The notes under the pieces were generated by a model. That model was not told the origin of the DNA, searched no databases, and saw only the letters and a list, made by a program, of their open reading frames with translations. The position numbers were made by a program, and so were the translations under genes. A stretch of DNA of 64,000 nucleotides from a bacterium (GTDB lineage: Bacteria > Patescibacteriota > Andersenbacteria > UBA10190): contig JBDRMS010000008.1 of assembly GCA_043811915.1 (NCBI GenBank), positions 109 to 64,108 on the forward strand, written 5' to 3'. Positions 59,388 through 64,000 of the stretch are shown here, in pieces (position 1 is the first letter of the stretch; every line of letters begins with the position of its first letter).

Positions 59388-59834
59388 CTAAAGAGTAACA
59401 AGCCTCTCTCCGTTTGTCGCCCCGTGGGCAAACTTAATTTCCCTGGCCCCCGCTGGCATGCTTTGCCCTAATTTATCCGCCCACTCTACTACCACAACCA
59501 CGCCCTCTCTTTGTTCCAGCGCCTCCTGCACCACCGGCTCTTGGGCCGCCTCATCATCACTTAACCGATACAAATCAAGGTGAACCAGCCTCTTAATACC
59601 TGCTCGCCCCACCACGTCATACTCGGTCACTAATGTAAAAGACGGCGACGTTACCTGGTCCCCCACCCCCAGCGCCTCTGCTAATTCCTGTACAAAAGTC
59701 GTCTTGCCGCTGCCTAACTCTCCCTTTAACAACAAAACATCCCCTGGTTTCAAGCTACTTGCCACCCGTCTGGCCAAAGCGCGCATTTTATCAATGCTGT
59801 TTACCCTGAACGAAGTCGAAGGGTTAACCAACAT
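59388..59834 (-). CDS. tsaE: t6A biosynthesis ATPase TsaE
   Basis: GELGSGKTTF, VTSPSF, HLDLYRL, VEW. Confidence 0.96.
   Translation of the reverse strand: MLVNPSTSFRVNSIDKMRALARRVASSLKPGDVLLLKGELGSGKTTFVQELAEALGVGDQVTSPSFTLVTEYDVVGRAGIKRLVHLDLYRLSDDEAAQEPVVQEALEQREGVVVVVEWADKLGQSMPAGAREIKFAHGATNGERLVTL
59797..59823. repeat. Second copy of the same repeat at the tsaE N-terminus
   Basis: CTGTTTACCCTGAACGAAGTCGAAGGG; encodes PSTSFRVN. Confidence 0.8.
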
Positions 59835-60609
59835 AAAGTAAAAAACCTGACAGTAAAAACAGATAAATAATAAACGGCCAAAACGCCACCCGCTTAATCA
59901 GTCGCAACAACAGACGTATAGCTGCCAACCCGGCCAAAAAAGAAACAGCTAAACCGATTAACAGCTGACTCACTGCAAAATTACCCGTCGTCAACGACAA
60001 TAGGCTAGCTAAACCTGCCCCGGCAATAATTGGTGCTGACAATAAAAAAGAAAATGTAGCCGCCTGGCCTCTCGACAACCCCCATGCCCGACCCGCTGCC
60101 ATCGTCATCCCCGAACGAGACACCCCTGGTACCAAAGCCACTACTTGAGCCAACCCAATAAATAGAGCAGCTCCAAAGCTAGCCCTACGTATAGTCGCCG
60201 TGCGTCGCGCTGCCACGTCAACTATCAACAAAACAATACCTGTTAAAAGCAGCCCTCCTGCTACTACTTGGGACGAGCGCAGTAAACTGCCAAACATGTT
60301 CTGCCCCAAATACCCGACCACTGCCGCCGGTACTGTGGCAATAGCCAGCTTTGCCGCCAACTCTTGTTTATCACGGCCCTCTCCATCATTTACTACCAGT
60401 CCTCGCCCTATTCCCCACCACACCCGCCAGTAATATAGCAGCACAGCCAACAACGTACCCAAGTGTAAAAAGGCGTCAAAAGCGTTACCCCCCGCATCAG
60501 GAATATCAAACAACATCCGCGCCGCCACCAAGTGCCCACTGGAGCTAATAGGCAAAAACTCCGTCAGTCCTTGGACAATAGCTAAAACAAAAACTTGCCC
60601 AATTTCCAT
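59824..60609 (-). CDS. uppP: Undecaprenyl-diphosphatase
   Basis: QGLTEFLPISSSGH, PGVSRSG, FSFLLSAP. Confidence 0.97.
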   Translation of the reverse strand: MEIGQVFVLAIVQGLTEFLPISSSGHLVAARMLFDIPDAGGNAFDAFLHLGTLLAVLLYYWRVWWGIGRGLVVNDGEGRDKQELAAKLAIATVPAAVVGYLGQNMFGSLLRSSQVVAGGLLLTGIVLLIVDVAARRTATIRRASFGAALFIGLAQVVALVPGVSRSGMTMAAGRAWGLSRGQAATFSFLLSAPIIAGAGLASLLSLTTGNFAVSQLLIGLAVSFLAGLAAIRLLLRLIKRVAFWPFIIYLFLLSGFLLYVG

Positions 60610-60638
60610 AATACTAAGGTAAAGCCCCGCGTCGTTTA

Positions 60639-60673
60639 TTACCAGTTACTGATTACTAGTTACCGATTACCTG
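60639..60673. repeat. Five heptamer tandem units (TTACYRR)
   Basis: TTACCAG TTACTGA TTACTAG TTACCGA TTACCTG. Confidence 0.8.
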
Positions 60674-60732
60674 GGTTATTCACATTTCCACAATTCCTTT
60701 TTTCCCGTCCAACCAGTACCATACATAGATTT

Positions 60733-61887
60733 ATGTCGTTGTCCGAATTACAACAAGCAGTCTCTCTCCTATCTCGAGCTTCCGATGTCCTGCTCACAGT
60801 CCCCCCCAAAGCACTGACTGATCCCATCGCTTCTTTAATAGCTCTTTATCTATCGCTTACCACCGGCCCCACCGGTCAAGCTCAAGATGTTGACCCGGTG
60901 AGTCCTTCCCATCTCCCTCGCTCTCTGCAATTCCTCGCTGGCTCTTCCCAAATCAAAACCGGCCCTACCGAACGCCCCGAAGTGATCCTCGACATGGCCA
61001 TTCCCCACCAAATTGAATATACCCGACAGGAAAAACTTCAAGGTGGCACCAGGTTGCACGTATCTTTTCCCACCGGGGCTACTATTACCAAAGACCAGAT
61101 GGAAATTACCGTCCGTCCCCTGCCCTACGATGCCGCCATTGTTATTGGCGCCTCCGACCTCGAGGAGCTCGGCGACCTGTTCACCAAACATGCCGATTTC
61201 TTTTATAACACTCCCATTGTCAACATCGACCACCGAGCTGCCAACGAGCACTTCGGCACCGTCAATCTGGTGGACATTACCGCTGGCTCCTGCGCCGAAG
61301 TTACCCACGACCTTATCGCCAGCCTCTGCCACGATGTCATTTCTTCCGACATCGCCACCGCCCTTTATGCTGGCATCGTCGCCGGCACTGATTCTTTTCA
61401 AAAACCCTCCACTACCCCCCGTTCCTTTCAAGTGGCAGCTCGCCTCATTGAACTGGCAGCCGACCGCGAAGCTGTTATTCAACACCTGATTAAAACCAAG
61501 CCCCTTAGCCTCATCAAATTAACCGGGGCCATCTACGCCCGCCTGCGCCACGAAGAACAGGTGGGACTCTTCTGGACTATTCTTGAGCAGAACGACTTTC
61601 AGACCAGTGGCGCCACCGAGGACGACATTCCAGCCGCCGCTACTGAACTTATCAGTAATATCGCCGGCTTTAACGCCGCCTTCCTGCTTTATCAAAAGCC
61701 CTCCATTCAAGATCAATACTCTGTCTACCTCATTCTGGGTAAGGGACTCCGCGGACGCCGCCGCGAAATACAGCAGGTTTTGTCCGCCCAAAAAGAAAAC
61801 GGGGCTCTCACCTTCAACATTATCGCTCCTTCTATAGAGGCCGCCGAGCGCGAAGCCCATAACAAAGTCAAGCAAATCCTGCCGTAG
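60733..61887 (+). CDS. DHH/NrnA-like phosphoesterase with degenerate motifs
   Basis: NIDHRAANEHFG (DHR), ATALYAGIVAGTDSF; lacks the motif I DxD. Confidence 0.8.
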   Translation: MSLSELQQAVSLLSRASDVLLTVPPKALTDPIASLIALYLSLTTGPTGQAQDVDPVSPSHLPRSLQFLAGSSQIKTGPTERPEVILDMAIPHQIEYTRQEKLQGGTRLHVSFPTGATITKDQMEITVRPLPYDAAIVIGASDLEELGDLFTKHADFFYNTPIVNIDHRAANEHFGTVNLVDITAGSCAEVTHDLIASLCHDVISSDIATALYAGIVAGTDSFQKPSTTPRSFQVAARLIELAADREAVIQHLIKTKPLSLIKLTGAIYARLRHEEQVGLFWTILEQNDFQTSGATEDDIPAAATELISNIAGFNAAFLLYQKPSIQDQYSVYLILGKGLRGRRREIQQVLSAQKENGALTFNIIAPSIEAAEREAHNKVKQILP

Positions 61888-63555
61888 CTATTCTTCCGAA
61901 ATCCTCTCCACTTCTTCTACTGTAGTAATTTTTTCTATTACTTTTAAGTAGGCGTCCTGCGCAATTGTTGTCATACCGGCCTTTTGGGCCGCTGCCTTGA
62001 TTCTACTACTGTCTGCTTCCTGTAGGATAAGCTCCTCAATTCCACCTTTGACCGCAAAGACTTCAAACACACCGACCCGCCCTCTATATCCTGTTCCGCC
62101 ACAAGCCTTGCACCCCTTGGCTTTAGCAAACTTAAGTCCGTCTCTATCTAAAACCCGCGGATTAAAAATCTCCGGCGTCACTCCGGCCATTACTTTCGCT
62201 ATGCGCTGTCTTAATCCCACCCCTGGCTCGTATTCTTCTCTGCATTCCCGACACACCACTCGTACCAGGCGCTGAGCTATTATCACATTGAGCGCCGGCG
62301 CCAGAACATATGGCTGCACCCCGATGCCAACTGCTCGCAATATCACCCCCGGCGCATCGTTGGCATGAATAGTGGAAAACACCAGATGTCCCGTCATCGC
62401 CGCGTGAATAGAAGTCTCTGCCGTTTCAACATCACGCATCTCGCCCACAAAAATAATATCGGGGTCCTGGCGTAAAATTGAGCGCAGCCCCACTGCCATT
62501 GTATAGCCGGATCCTTCGTCCACCTCGGTTTGCTCCACTCCGGCAATACGATACTCAACCGGATCCTCCAGCGAAATAATCTTCAGTTCTGGTTTATTTA
62601 CTTCTCGCAAACAAGCCACAATCGTCGTCGTCTTGCCTGAACCGGTCGGCCCGGCTGCCAGTATCATTCCCGTGCTCTGCTTAAGTTCCCCCCTTACCAC
62701 CTCGATGTCTCTTGGCTTCATGCCCAGTTCGGACAAAGTATATACTCCCTCCTTCTGACGGCTAAACAGGCGCATCACAATATTTTCCCCAAACGCTCCA
62801 GGCAGAATAGATGCCCGTACATCATACTGATCCCCGTTCACCTGCAAAACAAAACTGCCGTCCTGCGGTACATCCTTCACGTTCAGTTTCAGCTCTGCCA
62901 GCACTTTCACTCGCGACAGTATCTGCCGCCATCCCTCCCGTGCAAATTCCGTAATATTCTGCAATACTCCGTCAACACGATAACGCAGTATTACCCCCTC
63001 CTGCCGCGGCTCAACATGAATATCCGACGCCCCCAGTCTGATTGCCCCGGCCACGATAGTAGTCAAAATTTCCGTTGGAGCCATTGCAACAATGCGCTGC
63101 CCCAGCTGTCTAAAATTCTGAATATTTTTTTCAAATTCTCCCAGCCGCTCCTGCGAAATTAACATTATGTCCCGGCGAGCCGCCCGTGATGCCGTTTTTT
63201 CCGGATAACGCGACAAGGCCACCACCAAACTATGTTGTGAAATCACATACACCTGCGGCTTTACTCCTATTTGTTCCGCTACTTCTTTCAGCAACTCGGT
63301 AACAACTTCCTGTTTAGGATTTATCGCCCCCATCCGCACATCATTTCCTTTCTTGTAAAATAACACTGCCCCCGCCGCCTGCGCCCTGTCCCGCGGCACC
63401 ATTCCCAACACAGTTACATCCATCGGAAACACCACCAAATCAATGTATGGCAAACGCAACACTCCCGCCCGATGACGCGCCAGGCGCTCCTCCTGCTGCG
63501 ACGTCAAAGACTTGAGCCGCGCCTCAATCTCCCGTCGCTGCCCATCTCGTTGCAT
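61888..63555 (-). CDS. GspE/PilB family pilus assembly ATPase
   Basis: ASDIHVEP, GPTGSGKTTT, EDPVEY, LRQDPD, TGHLVFSTIH, two CxxC. Confidence 0.95.
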   Translation of the reverse strand: MQRDGQRREIEARLKSLTSQQEERLARHRAGVLRLPYIDLVVFPMDVTVLGMVPRDRAQAAGAVLFYKKGNDVRMGAINPKQEVVTELLKEVAEQIGVKPQVYVISQHSLVVALSRYPEKTASRAARRDIMLISQERLGEFEKNIQNFRQLGQRIVAMAPTEILTTIVAGAIRLGASDIHVEPRQEGVILRYRVDGVLQNITEFAREGWRQILSRVKVLAELKLNVKDVPQDGSFVLQVNGDQYDVRASILPGAFGENIVMRLFSRQKEGVYTLSELGMKPRDIEVVRGELKQSTGMILAAGPTGSGKTTTIVACLREVNKPELKIISLEDPVEYRIAGVEQTEVDEGSGYTMAVGLRSILRQDPDIIFVGEMRDVETAETSIHAAMTGHLVFSTIHANDAPGVILRAVGIGVQPYVLAPALNVIIAQRLVRVVCRECREEYEPGVGLRQRIAKVMAGVTPEIFNPRVLDRDGLKFAKAKGCKACGGTGYRGRVGVFEVFAVKGGIEELILQEADSSRIKAAAQKAGMTTIAQDAYLKVIEKITTVEEVERISEE

Positions 63556-63608
63556 GCAAGTAAGTATACTGCATTAACATCAACTCGGAAGTGGCGGGTG
63601 GCGCTGCT

Positions 63609-64000
63609 TTATTTCTTCAACAAACTCCGAAAAATTTTCTCCAGTTTGACTGGATCGTGAACCACCACTGCCCGCGGCACCACGTCCCCCGCCTGCGCCT
63701 TCTGTCTCTCGCTACTCACCACATTCTCCTCAATTAAATTATAGTCATGCCTCCTATTCTGAAATCGCACCCAGTCCTGCCCTGCCACCAGCTTCACTTC
63801 CTCCGGTTCTGTATTGGCCACAACTACATCAAATTTTTTCCCCAAGTAAGACTCATAAACTCGCACAAAGTCTTCGCCTTTCCATCCCGCCGTCTGTCGC
63901 GGCGTTGTCAGCAGTGTCATTACCACACCCAGCCATGCTTTGCTTTTTGCCACCGCCTCACCCAATTCCAGCAACGCCAGTGTTGGCAAGATAGTTCCAT
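63609..64000 (-). CDS. YvcK/CofD-like protein, C-terminal part (runs off the window)
   Basis: TILPTL...AVAKSKA...LLTTPRQT...YLG..FDVVVAN...HDPVKL. Confidence 0.7.
   Translation of the reverse strand, partial: GTILPTLALLELGEAVAKSKAWLGVVMTLLTTPRQTAGWKGEDFVRVYESYLGKKFDVVVANTEPEEVKLVAGQDWVRFQNRRHDYNLIEENVVSSERQKAQAGDVVPRAVVVHDPVKLEKIFRSLLKK

Noticed and set aside
33-64000. Complete DGR (RT, Avd, template repeat)
   Set aside because: No RT motifs in any ORF and no second copy of the putative variable region seen.

Overview
This is a chromosomal segment of a small-genome bacterium, most likely Patescibacteria/CPR (Parcubacteria-like). The inference rests on N-truncated MurE, half-size TsaB, a compact RpoB unlinked from rplKAJL, RNHCP, DUF3048, a stand-alone VirB4/TraD-like ATPase, PilB, and many apparently leaderless genes. 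The core spans about 6.9-41.7 kb and 56.6-64 kb: ychF, rpsF-ssb-rpsR, rpoB-rpoC-ftsK-rodZ-recA, ruvA-femX-murE-tsaB, uvrB, a GT-C/GDP-deoxyhexose cluster, truB, rpsT, holA, polA, tsaE, uppP, pilB. There are two accessory zones. (1) Bases 1-6937 hold IS3 ends plus one full IS3, a DGR-target-like gene, and a region bounded by a near-duplicate of the ychF start. That region contains two homologous orphan peptide tails, each followed by hairpins and cargo of different composition, suggesting integrase-less elements stacked in the 5' end of ychF. (2) Bases 41.7-56.5 kb hold a palindrome-bounded gene fragment, a TasA/SipW operon whose SipW is fused to its own substrate-type signal peptide, a Panacea toxin-antitoxin pair, a MerR-ATPase/STAS module, an NHL propeller, and a GT2-GT2 / GT-C-GH5 glycan island. 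Short palindromes and heptamer repeats sit in-frame in several housekeeping genes. No CRISPR, rRNA, tRNA or reverse transcriptase was recognised. All calls are by eye; no database searches were run.
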